This document shows positions 32,075 to 45,694 of a stretch of DNA of 64,000 bases, piece after piece. Under the pieces are notes generated by a model. It was not told the DNA's origin and did no database searches. It was given only the letters and a program-made list of their open reading frames with translations. The DNA is taken from contig CAXXMU010000006.1 in assembly GCA_963667785.2 (NCBI GenBank), forward strand, positions 704,001 to 768,000, read 5' to 3'. The stretch's first letter is position 1. Each line of letters begins with the position of its first letter. Both the position numbers and the translations under genes were made by a program. The stretch is from Alphaproteobacteria bacterium. GTDB taxonomy: Bacteria; Pseudomonadota; Alphaproteobacteria; UBA828.

Positions 32075-32997
32075 CCGCCGCGCGCGAAGCTCTCGGGCCG
32101 CGTCACCACCGGCACCGCGAGCGCCGCGACGACCAGGCCAAGAGCCGTGAACTCGGTCCAGCCGAGCGGCTCGCTCAGGATCAGCGCCCCGCTGAACAGG
32201 CCGATCATGGGAATGCCGAGCGTGCCGATGGTCGCCACGCCGGTCGGGAACAGCCGCACGATCTCATAGTACAGGTAGTAGCAGATCACGAACGGGGCGA
32301 GGATGTTGTAGATCACCGAGACGAGCGGCCAGAGCGACGGGAACTGCAGCGAGTCCGCGTCCACCACGGCGGCGGCGATGAAGATCGGCACGCCGCAGAC
32401 CAGGCATTGCCAGCCCACCAGCACCCACATGGAGACCTGCCAGTCGACGCGCTTGAGCGCGACCGTGCCGCAGGCCCAGCCGACCGCGCCGGTCAGAACG
32501 AGGAGCGGCCCGAGGGGCGCGGCGCCGAGGGTATGGGCATCGCTCGCGATCAGCACGCCGAGACCGGCGGTGCCGAGCGCCAGCGCGCTGAGCCGCCGCC
32601 AGCCGGGACGGTCGCCGAGGACGACATAGCCGATCGGCACGGTCCAGAGCGGCATGGTGTAGGCGATGATCGCGCCCCGGCCCGAGGTCGTGTAGAGGAG
32701 CCCGAACCCGGTCGCCAGATGCCAGAGAGTGATGTTGAAGAAGCCCGAGACCAGCAGCGGGCGCCATTGCCGGCGCGGCACGCGGAGCGAGCGGCCCAGT
32801 GCCCGATGGAGGGCGAGGATGATCAGACCCGCGCAGAGGAGGCAGAGCCCGCGGAAGGTCAGCACCGGCAGCTCGCTGAGCGCGAGCTTGAGCATCGGCC
32901 AGTTGACGCCCCAGAGCAGCGTCAGCGCCGCGAGCAGGAGGAAGCCCCGGCGCGGCAGCGGCTCGCCGCTGCCGGGCGGAGAGGCCGCGCCGGTCAC
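32071..32997 (-). CDS. EamA/DMT family transporter
   Basis: LLWGVNWP; about 10 hydrophobic segments; LILSEPL. Confidence 0.9.
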   Translation of the reverse strand: MTGAASPPGSGEPLPRRGFLLLAALTLLWGVNWPMLKLALSELPVLTFRGLCLLCAGLIILALHRALGRSLRVPRRQWRPLLVSGFFNITLWHLATGFGLLYTTSGRGAIIAYTMPLWTVPIGYVVLGDRPGWRRLSALALGTAGLGVLIASDAHTLGAAPLGPLLVLTGAVGWACGTVALKRVDWQVSMWVLVGWQCLVCGVPIFIAAAVVDADSLQFPSLWPLVSVIYNILAPFVICYYLYYEIVRLFPTGVATIGTLGIPMIGLFSGALILSEPLGWTEFTALGLVVAALAVPVVTRPESFARGG

Positions 32998-33498
32998 CTG
33001 CGGGGCCGTGCGGGCGGCGGGCCGGGCCGGCCTCGCAGTGCCTCGTCCCGCGGGCTTCCACGTCGGGCCGGGCGGGGGCTCCCGATCCGGCCGGCCGCCG
33101 CTTCCGCTGACTTCGTCACGACCGCCCCCGCCCCGCTCTTCCCGGCCCCGAGCGGCCGCGAATCTTCCCGTCGTCGCGCCGCACTCATCATCCCGCCCCG
33201 GCCGGCCGGCCTCAAGGGCGGCCGATCGGCGGCAGTTAGGCGGCAGCTAGGCGACAGTCACGAGTGTCGCGCCACCGGGGATTTGCATTTCTAATCGGGC
33301 GGTTGCGGCATGTCTAAATGATGCAATCGGCATGGTGTTTAACCGATCTGACACTTGCTTCGCCGCGGCTGCGGTGCCTAGACTGACCTCCTCACGTGCG
33401 CCGAGGTGGCCGGGCGGCGAGCTCCAGTCCTCCCGGGCGCCGACAAGCCGTTGATGGCTGGCGTGCGTAACATCTGCATCTGACACTGGAGGACGGGG

Positions 33499-34527
33499 AT
33501 GAACTTCAAGAAAATTGCAAGCGCCGTCGCGGTGGCCGGCGCGCTGGTGGCAGCGGGCGCGATCCCGGGCCAGGCAGCAACACTCGACGACGTGAAGGCC
33601 GCCGGCACCCTCAAGTGCGGCATCAACACCGGCCTGCCGGGCTTTGCCTACACCGATGACGCGGGCAACTGGACCGGCTTCGACGTGGCGTACTGTCGGG
33701 CGATGGCGGCCGCCGTTCTCGGCGACGCCAGCGCGATTTCCTTCGTCAACCTGACCGGCAAGACGCGCTTCCCGGCGCTGGCGTCCGGCGAGATCGACGT
33801 GCTCTCGCGCAACACCACCTGGACCTTCTCGCGCGATGTCGACCTCGGCTTCACCTTCATCGGCGTCAGCTACTATGACGGCCAGGGCTTCATCGGCCGC
33901 ACGGCGCTCGGCATCGGCAGCGCCACCGAGCTCGACGGCGCCTCGGTCTGCATCCAGACCGGCACCACCACCGAGCTCAACCTGGCGGACTTCTTCCGCG
34001 TCAACGGCATCACCTACGAGCCGGTGCCGATCGAGACCAACGCCGAGGCCCGCGCGGCCTACGAGGCGGAGCGGTGCGACGTCTACACGACCGATGCATC
34101 GGGCCTCGCGGCGACGCGGACCACCTTCGAGAACCCCGGCGATCACATGGTGTTCCCCGAGATCGTCTCGAAGGAGCCGCTCGGGCCGCTGGTGCGCCAG
34201 GGCGACGACCAGTGGGCGGACATCGCGCGCTGGACGCTGAACGCGCTGATCACGGCCGAGGAGCTTGGCGTGACCCAGGCGAACGTGGCGGAGATGGCGA
34301 ACGGGACGGATCATCCGGAGATCAACCGGATGCTCGGCTCGGAAGGCTCTCTGGGCGAGATGCTGGGGCTTGACGCGCAGTGGGCGGTCCGTGCGATCGC
34401 GGCGGAAGGCAACTACGCCGAGATCTTCGACCGCTACATCGGCGCCGACAGTCCGCTGGCCCTGGGCCGCGGTCTGAACGCACTCTACACCGACGGCGGC
34501 ATCCTCTATTCGCCTCCGTTCCGTTAA
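33499..34527 (+). CDS. aapJ: General L-amino acid ABC transporter substrate-binding protein
   Basis: GLPGF, GFDVAYCRA, LSRNTTWTFSRD, GTTTELNLADFF, SKEPLGP, YSPPFR. Confidence 0.95.
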   Translation: MNFKKIASAVAVAGALVAAGAIPGQAATLDDVKAAGTLKCGINTGLPGFAYTDDAGNWTGFDVAYCRAMAAAVLGDASAISFVNLTGKTRFPALASGEIDVLSRNTTWTFSRDVDLGFTFIGVSYYDGQGFIGRTALGIGSATELDGASVCIQTGTTTELNLADFFRVNGITYEPVPIETNAEARAAYEAERCDVYTTDASGLAATRTTFENPGDHMVFPEIVSKEPLGPLVRQGDDQWADIARWTLNALITAEELGVTQANVAEMANGTDHPEINRMLGSEGSLGEMLGLDAQWAVRAIAAEGNYAEIFDRYIGADSPLALGRGLNALYTDGGILYSPPFR

Positions 34528-34538
34528 GTTCGACGATG

Positions 34539-34578
34539 CACCGTCCCGCCCACACGGTCGGGCGGGACGGTGTTTTTC
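34539..34578 (+). terminator. Stem-loop after aapJ (terminator or mRNA stabiliser)
   Basis: CACCGTCCCGCCC...GGGCGGGACGGTG followed by TTTTT. Confidence 0.7.
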
Positions 34579-34640
34579 CCGGCGAGGGCTCCTCAGCGAC
34601 AGAGATGTCGCTCAGTTAACGCGAGGAGGGCGGCGCCACC

Positions 34641-35828
34641 GTGACCGATAAAGCGCCCTCAGGTGGCGGCGGCTTCGACATAAGTCGCGCCTGGACCGAC
34701 GAGCGCGCCCGCGGCGTCATCTTCCAGATCATCATCGTGCTCGGGCTGGCGGGGCTCGCCGCCTTCATCGTCTCGAACACGATCACGAACCTCAGGGAAG
34801 CCGGCCTCTCGTCCGGCTACGGCTTCCTCTTCGATACCGCCAACTTCGACATCAACCAGCGCCTGCTCGACTACGCCTCCACCTCGACCTACGGGCAGGC
34901 GTTCGTCGTCGGTGCGCTCAACACCATCCTCGTCGCCGTGATGGGCATCGCCATGGCCACGGTCATCGGCTTCGTCACGGGCGTGCTCAGGCTCTCCAAC
35001 AACTTCCTGATCAGCCGCATCGTGGGGGTCTGGGTCGAGTTCACCCGCAACGTCCCGGTACTGCTGCAGATCATCTTCTGGTGGCTGATCATGCTGGCGC
35101 TGCCCCGGGTGCGCGACAGCATTTCGATCGGCGACGCCGCCTTTCTCAACAATCGCGGCATTTTCCTGCCTTCGCCCATCTTCGAGGACGGCTCGGCGAT
35201 CGTGCTGGCGATGATCGCGGTGGGCATCGCAGCCACCGTCCTGGTCAGGCGCTGGGCGAGGAAGCGCCAGGACGCGACCGGCCGCACCTTCCCGGTCGGC
35301 TGGATCGGGCTCGGGCTGATCGTGGGCATCCCCGTGATCGTCTACTTCGCCGTCGGCCAGCCGCTCGACTTCGACCTTCCGGAGAAGAAGAAGTTCAACC
35401 TGAAGGGCGGCTTCAACATCACGCCTGAGCTGATAGCGCTGTGGCTGGCACTCTCCACCTATACCGGCGCCTTCATCTCCGAGATCGTGCGCGGCGGGAT
35501 TCTCTCGGTCTCCAAGGGGCAGACCGAGGCGTCCGGCGCGCTCGGACTCCGGCGCGGGCTAACCATGCGCAAGATCATCCTGCCGCAGGCGCTCCGGGTG
35601 ATCATTCCGCCGATGACGAGCCAGTACCTCAACCTGACCAAGAACTCCTCGCTCGCCGTCGCCATCGGCTATCAGGACATCGTCTCGATCGGCGACACCA
35701 TCCTCAACCAGAGCGGCCAGGCGCTCGAGGTGATCTCGCTCTACATGGCGTTCTACCTGGTGCTGAGCCTGCTCACGTCGGCCTTCATGAACTGGTACAA
35801 CAAGCGCATCGCGCTCGTGGAACGATGA
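34641..35828 (+). CDS. aapQ: Amino acid ABC transporter permease
   Basis: RNVPVLLQIIFW, EIVRGGI, SQYLNLTKNSSLA. Confidence 0.94.
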   Translation: MTDKAPSGGGGFDISRAWTDERARGVIFQIIIVLGLAGLAAFIVSNTITNLREAGLSSGYGFLFDTANFDINQRLLDYASTSTYGQAFVVGALNTILVAVMGIAMATVIGFVTGVLRLSNNFLISRIVGVWVEFTRNVPVLLQIIFWWLIMLALPRVRDSISIGDAAFLNNRGIFLPSPIFEDGSAIVLAMIAVGIAATVLVRRWARKRQDATGRTFPVGWIGLGLIVGIPVIVYFAVGQPLDFDLPEKKKFNLKGGFNITPELIALWLALSTYTGAFISEIVRGGILSVSKGQTEASGALGLRRGLTMRKIILPQALRVIIPPMTSQYLNLTKNSSLAVAIGYQDIVSIGDTILNQSGQALEVISLYMAFYLVLSLLTSAFMNWYNKRIALVER

Positions 35829-36937
35829 GCAAGCACGCCTTCCATCGCAGCCGGGCGGAGATGCTGCCGGAGCGGCCGGCGCCGCTCACCAGCAGGGGCA
35901 TCATCGGCTGGATGCGGGCGAACCTCTTCTCGAGCTGGCTGAGCACGTCGCTCACGCTGGCCTCGATCGCGGTGCTCGCGCTGATCGTGCCCGGCCTGAT
36001 CGAGTGGGCCTTCATCGATGCGACGCTGACCGGCGAGATCGGCAAGGACTGCCCCAGCGAGGGGGCGTGCTGGGCCTGGCTCGACCAGCGCATCACCCAG
36101 TTCTTCTACGGCTTCTATCCCGTCGAGGCCTACTGGCGGGTGAACGTCTGCATCGCCCTGCTGGTGCCGGCGCTCGCCTACATGCTGTTCGACAGGCTGC
36201 CCTATTCCCGCTACGGGCGCTGGTTCTCGCTCGCCTATCCCGTGATCGCGGCCTTCCTGCTGGTCGGCGGCCTCGGCCTCGATGTCGTCCGCACCGACCA
36301 GTTCGGCGGCTTCATGCTCAACCTGATCGCCGGCCTCGTCGGCATCGTGCTCTCGCTGCCCATCGGCATCGTGCTGGCGCTCGGCCGCCGCTCGCGCATG
36401 CCGATCGTGCGCTGGTTCTCGGTCGCGTTCATCGAGTTCATCCGCGGGGTGCCGCTGATCACGCTGCTCTTCGTCGCGATCATCCTGCTGCCGCTCTTCC
36501 TGCCGCCGGAGGTCACCCTCGACCAGCTCATCCGCGTAATGATCATCATCACGGTGTTCGCGTCCGCCTACATGGCGGAGGTGATCCGCGGCGGGCTGCA
36601 GGCGATCCCGCAGGGGCAGTACGAGGCCGGCCAGGCGATGGGGCTCGGCTACTGGCAGTCGATGCGCCTCATCATCCTGCCGCAGGCGCTGAAGATCTCG
36701 ATCCCCGGCATCGTCAACACCTTCATCGGGCTCTTCAAGGACACCACGCTGGTCATCATCATCGGCCTGTTCGACATCCTCGGCCAGGCGCGCCTGCTCC
36801 AGACCAACCCGGACTGGCTGGGCAAGGTCGACTACGAGACCTTCCTGCTGGCGGCGCTGTTCTTCTTCGTGATCTGCTTCAGCATGTCGCGCTACTCGCT
36901 CAATCTCGAGAAGCGCCTCGACACCACGCGACGCTAG
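35825..36937 (+). CDS. aapM: Amino acid ABC transporter permease
   Basis: Start ATG 35825 (MSKHAF); [28 protein letters not shown]. Confidence 0.94.
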   Translation: MSKHAFHRSRAEMLPERPAPLTSRGIIGWMRANLFSSWLSTSLTLASIAVLALIVPGLIEWAFIDATLTGEIGKDCPSEGACWAWLDQRITQFFYGFYPVEAYWRVNVCIALLVPALAYMLFDRLPYSRYGRWFSLAYPVIAAFLLVGGLGLDVVRTDQFGGFMLNLIAGLVGIVLSLPIGIVLALGRRSRMPIVRWFSVAFIEFIRGVPLITLLFVAIILLPLFLPPEVTLDQLIRVMIIITVFASAYMAEVIRGGLQAIPQGQYEAGQAMGLGYWQSMRLIILPQALKISIPGIVNTFIGLFKDTTLVIIIGLFDILGQARLLQTNPDWLGKVDYETFLLAALFFFVICFSMSRYSLNLEKRLDTTRR

Positions 36938-36947
36938 GGGGGAAACC

Positions 36948-37709
<762 letters not shown>

Positions 37710-37712
<3 letters not shown>

Positions 37713-37882
37713 AGCGTATTCGTCCTCGACGGATACGCGACAGGCCGCGACTGCGGCCCGCCGCTTATGCGGCGCCATCGCGCGCCCGCGCGCGTGGACG
37801 CACGACGCGGAGGCGCCGGCCGTCGCGCCGGTAGGCGCGCGGAATCGCTGGACGGCCGGCTGCCGTGAGCGAAAAGAGTCTG
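37710..37882. repeat. CIR-like dispersed repeat, family A copy 2
   Basis: Inverted copy of 7901-8047 with a longer middle segment; starts at the aapP TAG. Confidence 0.88.
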
Positions 37883-37890
37883 CGGCCGGC

Positions 37891-39327
37891 TCAGCCTCCG
37901 TCCGCACCCTTTGCGACCGCATCGAAGCGCGCGGGCGCCGGGCTGACCACGGCGACCCTGCCGCCGCGGCCGACCTCGAAGACGGCGAGGCCCCGTTCCG
38001 CTATCCCGTCCTCGTCGAAGCGGAAGAGGCCGTCGGCGCCGAGGAAGCCGCCGCGCCCACCGATCGCCTGCGGGCCGAAGGAGACGCCGTTGCGCGCCAG
38101 AGCGGCGGCCAGCGCGGTCGCATCGTAGGCGAGGCTCGCGATCGCGCCCGGCGGCGTGCCGAAGGCCCGCCGGTAGCGTTCCTCGAAGTCCCGCCGCGCC
38201 GCCGGGTCAGGGCCGGCGAACCAGCCGCCCGCCAGCGCCGGCTCGCCGAGCGAGGCCGGGTCCTCCCAGAGCCCCGTTCCCAGGAGGCGCGTCGCGGCGG
38301 GGTCGATGTCGTAGTAGGGCAGCAGCGGCGCGACCTGCCTGAGCCGGGCGCCGCCGTCGGCCAGCAGCAGCGCATCGAAGGGCAGCGCGCCCAGCGTATC
38401 GAGCGTCGAGAGCCGCTCCAGCCGGCGGCGCGCGGCGGCATCGTTCTGGCGGGCGAGCGCCTGGCGCTCGTCCTTCAGCGCCTGGACGCGCCGGTCGTAC
38501 TCGGCAAGCTCCCGCACCACGTCGGCGGCATCGGACGCATCCGCGGCGTAGGTGCGGACCCGCGTCAGCGTGAGACCGGAGAGCGCCGCCGCCGTCTGAG
38601 CCTCGTCCGCCACCGCCGCGCCGTAGCGCGTCTCCGGCGCGAGCACCGCGATCCGACGCAGGCCGTCCGCCGCGGCATGGGCGAAGACCCGCCTGATCTG
38701 CGCGCGCGGCGTGTGGCCGAGCAGATAGACGCCCTCGCTTGCCGCCTCCCGGTCGGTGGAGAAGGCCACCACGCCGACGCCCTGCGCCCGCGCATGGGCG
38801 GCGACGGCCTTCACCCCGTCCGCGAACAGGGGGCCGAGGAGCAGGTCGACGCCGGCGCCGAGGAGCGCCAGCGCGGCCCTCTCCGCGCCCGGTCCCGTGC
38901 CGCCCGTATCGCGCGGCAGCAGCGTGAAGCGCTCGTCGGCGGTATCGAAGAGGGCGAGCTGCGCCGCGCGCAGCAGGGTCTCCCCCTCCGGCGCGTAGCG
39001 GCCCGAGAGAGGCAGGAGCAGGCCGATCCGGGCGGAGGGCGGCGCGTCCTCGGCAATCGCCGTTTCGCTTTCGCCGTCAGCCGGCGGCACCTCTTTCGCC
39101 TCCGCGACGGGCTTTGCCGGCGGAGGCAATGGCGGCTCCTCCGGCTCCGCCGCACTCTCTGCGGGCGCCTCGATCTCCTGGGGTGGCGACGGCTGGTCCT
39201 CCGCCGGCGGCGGCGCTACGCTCGGCGCGGAGCAGGCGCCCGCGAGCAGGACCAGCATAGCGAAGGCGCCTGCCGGCCCGGTGCGCCGGCTCCAACCGGC
39301 CGGGGAGAGGGTGCGAGGTCGATCCAT
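37891..39327 (-). CDS. Penicillin-binding protein activator LppC/LpoA-like lipoprotein
   Basis: Lipobox LAGAC, IGLLLPLSG, LLGPLFA, ASLAYDA, GFLGADGLFRF; start uncertain (39327 or 39258). Confidence 0.87.
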   Translation of the reverse strand: MDRPRTLSPAGWSRRTGPAGAFAMLVLLAGACSAPSVAPPPAEDQPSPPQEIEAPAESAAEPEEPPLPPPAKPVAEAKEVPPADGESETAIAEDAPPSARIGLLLPLSGRYAPEGETLLRAAQLALFDTADERFTLLPRDTGGTGPGAERAALALLGAGVDLLLGPLFADGVKAVAAHARAQGVGVVAFSTDREAASEGVYLLGHTPRAQIRRVFAHAAADGLRRIAVLAPETRYGAAVADEAQTAAALSGLTLTRVRTYAADASDAADVVRELAEYDRRVQALKDERQALARQNDAAARRRLERLSTLDTLGALPFDALLLADGGARLRQVAPLLPYYDIDPAATRLLGTGLWEDPASLGEPALAGGWFAGPDPAARRDFEERYRRAFGTPPGAIASLAYDATALAAALARNGVSFGPQAIGGRGGFLGADGLFRFDEDGIAERGLAVFEVGRGGRVAVVSPAPARFDAVAKGADGG

Positions 39328-40255
39328 GCCCGAAAAAACTCCCGCGACGGCCGCGGGCGGCGACCACACTAAGGACCGCGCGGATGCGAGTAAACCGCGC
39401 GCGGGCGCGGAGCCGGGGCTCTGGCTGGTGGCGACGCCGATCGGCAACCTGGACGACGTCTCGGGCCGGGCGCTGGCGGTGCTCGCGTCGGTCGATCGCA
39501 TCGCCTGCGAGGACACCCGCCACACCGGGCGCCTCCTCGCCCGGCACGGCATCGCCGGTAGCCTCGTCCCTTACCACGAGCACAATGCGGCACGCGTCCG
39601 CCCGGGCTTGCTCCGCACGCTCGCGGGCGGCGGCTCGGTGGCGCTCGTCGCGGATGCGGGCACGCCGCTCATCTCCGATCCCGGCTACAAGCTGGTCCGC
39701 GCGGCGCTGGACGCCGGGTTGCGCGTCACCGGCTGCCCGGGGCCGAGCGCGCCGTTGCTGGCGCTCATCCTCTCCGGCCTGCCGACCGACCGCTTCTACG
39801 TCGGCGGGTTCCTGCCGCCCCGGCAGGGGCCGCGCCGCCGGGCGCTCGCCGCGCTCAGGCTCCTCGACGCAACCCTCGTCTTCCTCGAATCGCCGCGCCG
39901 GCTGGCAGGCGCGCTCGCGGACATGGCGGCGACGCTCGGCCCGCGCCCGGCGGCGGTGGCACGGGAGCTTACCAAGCGGCACGAGGAGCTGCGGCGCGGA
40001 ACGCTCGACCGGCTCGCCAGCCACTACGACGCCGCGGGCGCGCCCAGGGGCGAGGTCGTGGTCGTCGTCGACGGCGCGCGCAGCGGCGACGCGCAGCCCA
40101 CATACTCGGATGCCGAGATCGACGCCCGTCTCGACACCCTGCTCGCGGCCGGCTCCGTGCGCGACGCCGCGGCGGCGCTCAGCGCCGAGACCGGCCTGCC
40201 CCGCCGCGAGATCTATGCCCGGGCGCTCGCCCGGGCGCGAGCCGGAGACGCATGA
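39326..40255 (+). CDS. rsmI: 16S rRNA (cytidine1402-2'-O)-methyltransferase
   Basis: [37 protein letters not shown]. Confidence 0.96.
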   Translation: MPEKTPATAAGGDHTKDRADASKPRAGAEPGLWLVATPIGNLDDVSGRALAVLASVDRIACEDTRHTGRLLARHGIAGSLVPYHEHNAARVRPGLLRTLAGGGSVALVADAGTPLISDPGYKLVRAALDAGLRVTGCPGPSAPLLALILSGLPTDRFYVGGFLPPRQGPRRRALAALRLLDATLVFLESPRRLAGALADMAATLGPRPAAVARELTKRHEELRRGTLDRLASHYDAAGAPRGEVVVVVDGARSGDAQPTYSDAEIDARLDTLLAAGSVRDAAAALSAETGLPRREIYARALARARAGDA

Positions 40256-40644
40256 GCGGACGCTCGCGCGCGGCACGACGCGCCGCCCACCGGAGGGGTC
40301 TCGCCGCCGAGCGGCTGTGCGCGCTTCGCCTCAGGCTCTGCGGCTGGCGCATCCTCGCCCGGCGCTACGCGACCGCCGCCGGCGAGCTCGACATCGTCGC
40401 CAGGCGCGGCCGGCTGATCGCCTTCATCGAGGTGAAGCACCGCGGGGAGCGGAGCGGCGCCCTCGAGACGATCACCGCGCGCCAGAGGCAGCGCATCGAG
40501 AACGCCGCCAGCATTTTCTTGTCGCGTCATCCGAATTGGCGCAAGCTCTCGCTCAGATTCGATGTGATGGTCGTGATCCCATGGCGATGGCCGAGCCACC
40601 TGCCGGACGCATGGCGCCCGGATCGGACGCAGGCGATCCCGTGA
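40252..40644 (+). CDS. yraN: YraN family (UPF0102) endonuclease-fold protein
   Basis: [19 protein letters not shown]. Confidence 0.92.
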   Translation: MSGRSRAARRAAHRRGLAAERLCALRLRLCGWRILARRYATAAGELDIVARRGRLIAFIEVKHRGERSGALETITARQRQRIENAASIFLSRHPNWRKLSLRFDVMVVIPWRWPSHLPDAWRPDRTQAIP

Positions 40645-41303
40645 CGGCGCGGGCCGCACGCGCCGTTCACGCGGGTGGCGAGCGCCGGCACCTGCGCCGG
40701 CGGGCCGGACCGGCCGCCGCCCTGGCGCTGCTGCTGGCCGGCCCGTTCGCCCTCTCCGGCTGTGCGGAGGCTCTCCTCGGCGCGGCTGCGACGACCGGCC
40801 TCATCGTCGCCGAGGAGCGCTCGCTGGGCGACGTGGTCGACGACCTGACCATCCGGGGCGAGCTCAACCATCTGTTCTTCCAGGAGAACGTCGACCTCTA
40901 TCAGAACGTGTCGTTCAGCGTCATCGAGGGCCGCGTCCTGCTGAAGGGCAGCGTGTCGACGCCGGAGGACCGCATCAACGCGCTCCGCGTCGCTTGGCAG
41001 GCGAACGGCGTTCGCGAGGTGATCAACGAGGTGCAGGTGACCGACCAGAGCGGGATCCTGGACTATGCGCGGGACACGTGGATCTCGGCACAGCTCAAGG
41101 GCGCGCTCCTGCTGGACACCGATGTGCTCTCGATCAACTACAGCATCGAGACCGTGAACGGCACGGTCTACCTCTTGGGAATCGCGCAGGACCAGGCCGA
41201 GCTCGAGCGCGTGCTGGCACATGCCCGCGGCATCGACGATGTGCAGCGCGTGGTGAACCACGTGATCGCGAAGGACGACCCGCGCCGCCAGGCAACACCT
41301 TGA
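40641..41303 (+). CDS. Dual BON-domain lipoprotein (DolP/YraP-like)
   Basis: Lipobox [31 protein letters not shown]; GTG start at 40641 is estimated. Confidence 0.88.
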   Translation: MTARAARAVHAGGERRHLRRRAGPAAALALLLAGPFALSGCAEALLGAAATTGLIVAEERSLGDVVDDLTIRGELNHLFFQENVDLYQNVSFSVIEGRVLLKGSVSTPEDRINALRVAWQANGVREVINEVQVTDQSGILDYARDTWISAQLKGALLLDTDVLSINYSIETVNGTVYLLGIAQDQAELERVLAHARGIDDVQRVVNHVIAKDDPRRQATP

Positions 41304-42130
41304 TGGCGGACGCCGCGATCGAGCGCGGGCTCCGCGCGGTGGGCGCCCTCGCGGACGACGCGATCGACCTTGCGGACGCGGCGCTGCTGCTCGGCGCGCT
41401 CGACCTGCCGGAGGCGCCGCTCGCCCGCTACCGCTCCCACGTCGACCAGCTCCGCGCCGACGTGGCGGCGCTCGCAGGCGCCGACGACACGCTGGAGCGC
41501 CGCCGCCGCCACCTCAATGCCGTGCTCTTCGACGGCCACGGCTATGCCGGCGACATCGAGAGCTACGATGCGCCGGAGAACGCCAACCTCCTGCAGGTCA
41601 TCGACCGCCGCGCGGGCCTGCCGGTCAGCCTCGGCATCCTCTATATCCACACCGCCCGCACCCAGGGCTGGGCGGTGGACGGGCTGGCCTTCCCCGGCCA
41701 CTTCCTCGTGCGCATGGACGAGGGCGACCGCCGCGTGATCGTCGATCCGTTCCACCGGGGCCAGGCGTTGGAGGCCGGCCACCTGCGCGGCCTGCTGAAG
41801 CAGTTCGAGGGCGCCGATGCGGAGCTCGCGCCGGCCCACTACGCGCCGGTCGGCAACCGCTCGATCCTGCTCAGGCTGCAGAACAACATCAAGAGCCGCG
41901 CGCTCCAGGCAGGCGACGGCGCGCGCGCCGTGGCGATCCTCGAGCGCATGCTGCTGATCGCGCCGGATGCGGGCGGCCTCTGGTACGAGCTCGGCGTCCT
42001 GCGCGGCAGGCTCGGCACCGTCAAGGGCGCGGTCGCGGCGCTGGAGCGGAGCCTGGACTGCACGCTCCCGGAAGGCACCCGGTCGCGCGTCGAGGCCACG
42101 CTCGAGCAACTCGCCACCAGCCTGCACTGA
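41303..42130 (+). CDS. SirB1 / transglutaminase-like TPR protein
   Basis: RRAGLPVSLGILY, FPGHFLVR, VDPFH, ILLRLQNNIK. Confidence 0.88.
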   Translation: MADAAIERGLRAVGALADDAIDLADAALLLGALDLPEAPLARYRSHVDQLRADVAALAGADDTLERRRRHLNAVLFDGHGYAGDIESYDAPENANLLQVIDRRAGLPVSLGILYIHTARTQGWAVDGLAFPGHFLVRMDEGDRRVIVDPFHRGQALEAGHLRGLLKQFEGADAELAPAHYAPVGNRSILLRLQNNIKSRALQAGDGARAVAILERMLLIAPDAGGLWYELGVLRGRLGTVKGAVAALERSLDCTLPEGTRSRVEATLEQLATSLH

Positions 42131-42160
42131 AGCGCGCCGCACCGCCGAGGGGGCCATGAC

Positions 42161-43108
42161 ATGAGTCTCGCCGTGGCCATCCAGATGGACCCGATGGAGG
42201 CCATCGACATCGAGGCGGACAGCACGTTCGCGCTCGCGCTCGAAGCCCAGGCCCGGGGCCATCGGCTGCATCACTACCTGCCCCGGCAGCTTTCGCTGAC
42301 GGCGCGGGGCGCGGTGGCGACCGCGCGCACCCTCGAGGTGCGCGACCGGGCCGGCGACCACTTCACCCTCGGCCCGCCCGAGGCGGTCGATCTTGGGGCG
42401 ATGGACGTCGTCCTGATGCGCCAGGACCCGCCGTTCGACATGGCCTACATCACCGCCACCCACATCCTGGAGCACGTCCAGCCCGAAACGCTGGTGGTGA
42501 ACGATCCGGCCCATGTGCGGAACGCGCCCGAAAAGCTCTTCGTCACCCGCTTTCCGGAGCTGATGCCGCCGACGCTGATCACCGCCGAGCGCGACCTGAT
42601 CGTCGACTTCCGCGCGCGCCACGGCGACATCATCCTGAAGCCCCTCTTCGGCAACGGCGGCGCAGGCGTCTTTCACCTGCGGCCGGAGGACGAGAACCTG
42701 AACGCGCTCATCGAGATGTTCGGCACCTTCTTTCGCGAGCCGATCATCGCGCAGGCCTACCTGCCGGCGGTCCGCGACGGCGACAAGCGCATCATCCTGG
42801 TGGACGGCGAGGCGGTCGGCGCGGTCAACCGGGTGCCGGCGGCGGGCGAGGCGCGCGCGAACATGCATGTCGGCGCCCGCCCCACGAAGACGGCGCTGAC
42901 CGCGCGCGATCGCGAGATCTGCGCGGCCATCGGGCCGGCGCTCAGGGAGCGCGGCCTGATCTTCACCGGCATCGACGTGATCGGCGGCTATCTCACCGAG
43001 ATCAACGTCACCTCGCCCACCGGAATCCGCGAGATCGACCGCCTCGACGGCGTCCGCCTCGAGGCGCTGGTGTGGGACGCGATCGAGGCCCGGCTCGCGC
43101 GATCCTGA
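42161..43108 (+). CDS. gshB: Glutathione synthetase
   Basis: [36 protein letters not shown]. Confidence 0.97.
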   Translation: MSLAVAIQMDPMEAIDIEADSTFALALEAQARGHRLHHYLPRQLSLTARGAVATARTLEVRDRAGDHFTLGPPEAVDLGAMDVVLMRQDPPFDMAYITATHILEHVQPETLVVNDPAHVRNAPEKLFVTRFPELMPPTLITAERDLIVDFRARHGDIILKPLFGNGGAGVFHLRPEDENLNALIEMFGTFFREPIIAQAYLPAVRDGDKRIILVDGEAVGAVNRVPAAGEARANMHVGARPTKTALTARDREICAAIGPALRERGLIFTGIDVIGGYLTEINVTSPTGIREIDRLDGVRLEALVWDAIEARLARS

Positions 43109-43138
43109 GCCCGCGCCCCGGCCGGTGCCCCTCCCCGC

Positions 43139-43531
43139 TCACGGCATGCGCGGCACGGGCCCGCTGTCGTCGATGCGCCAGCGCGCGCCGTCCACCGCGA
43201 TCACCCGCTCACCGGTCACGCTGCCGGGATCGAGGCAGAGCACGTTGACGCTGTAGCAATCGGGCGCAGAGCGCGGCACGTAGAACGACTTCACGCCGCA
43301 GACCACGCAGAAGAGATGTTCCGCCACGCCGCTGCCGAAGCGATAGCGGCTCAACGATTCCGCGCCGCTGAGCAGGGTGAAGCGCGCCTTCGGCACCACC
43401 AGATGGCGGTACCCGCTCATCCGGCAGATCGAGCAGTTGCACTCGTGGACCTCGATCTCTGCCGGGGCCTCGCAGGCGAAGCGCACCGCGCCGCAATGGC
43501 AGCCGCCACGATGGGTGACGAGCGCGCTCAC
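43139..43531 (-). CDS. GFA (CENP-V) family zinc protein
   Basis: GGCHCGAVRF, CNCSIC, FCVVCGV; GTG start at 43531. Confidence 0.9.
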   Translation of the reverse strand: MSALVTHRGGCHCGAVRFACEAPAEIEVHECNCSICRMSGYRHLVVPKARFTLLSGAESLSRYRFGSGVAEHLFCVVCGVKSFYVPRSAPDCYSVNVLCLDPGSVTGERVIAVDGARWRIDDSGPVPRMP

Positions 43532-43620
43532 GGGTGCCGGGCGGACGGCCGGGACTGAGGTTCGAGGGATGGCGCGGGCATCTTGGCGATCTCCCCGGCC
43601 TGTTGCGGCGGGCCGGGCAC

Positions 43621-43695
43621 TGGAGCGGGCGATGGGATTCGAACCCACGACCCCAACCTTGGCAAGGTTGTGCTCTACCCCTGAGCTACGCCCGC
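43621..43695 (-). tRNA. tRNA-Gly(GCC)
   Basis: GCGGGCGTAGCTCAGGGGTAGAGCACAACCTTGCCAAGGTTGGGGTCGTGGGTTCGAATCCCATCGCCCGCTCCA; cloverleaf, GCC anticodon, encoded CCA. Confidence 0.98.
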
Positions 43696-44094
43696 CTGCA
43701 CCGTGCCCCCGCGCGCGGCGATAGTACGCGATCGGCACGCCCGCACAAGGCGCAATCCCGCTGACATCTGCCCGACCCGAAACGGACCCGCAACACGCGC
43801 ATACCTCCCCCGCCGCAGATGGCGATTGACGCTGGCCTGCGGCAAGGGTAGGAGGGGCGCGGACGAAGGACGTGACGCGACATGCGCGACCGCCTTCGGG
43901 TCCGAAGGCGGGACCTTCCGTGAGCCTCCCCGTGGCCATCCCGCCTGTGAAGGAGCACAACCCTGCGTCATCTTTCGTGCTCGTGACGGTCGGCTGCCCG
44001 CATGGCGCGGCGCGGCGGAGCCTTCGTGCATCCGCTGGCCGGCCGCACGCACCTGCGCAGGGTGCATCCCCGATACCCCAATGGAGTGAACGTA

Positions 44095-45636
<1,542 letters not shown>

Positions 45637-45639
<3 letters not shown>

Positions 45640-45670
45640 CCCGCATTTTTCACCATGGGCACGGCCTGCA
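45637..45670 (+). mobile_element. Solo terminal inverted repeat of the MITE at 49970-50266
   Basis: TAGCCCGCATTTTTCACCATGGGCACGGCCTGCA, 29/34 identical to 49970-50003; its TAG is the helicase stop. Confidence 0.8.
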
Positions 45671-45694
45671 TGACCGGGCCTGCGGACGCGGCCG

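Noticed and set aside
33250-33498. Sigma-54/NtrC or Lrp sites upstream of aapJ
   Set aside because: Only partial matches (a TTGCAT..ATGCAA imperfect IR); no proper GG-N10-GC promoter was seen.
43540-43695. tRNA-Gly as an integration site for an island
   Set aside because: No integrase nearby, no duplicated tRNA 3' end found in the window, and no GC shift.
43696-44094. Riboswitch or ncRNA in the long helicase leader
   Set aside because: A few GC hairpins only, with no recognisable family motif; the region also holds the divergent tRNA promoter.
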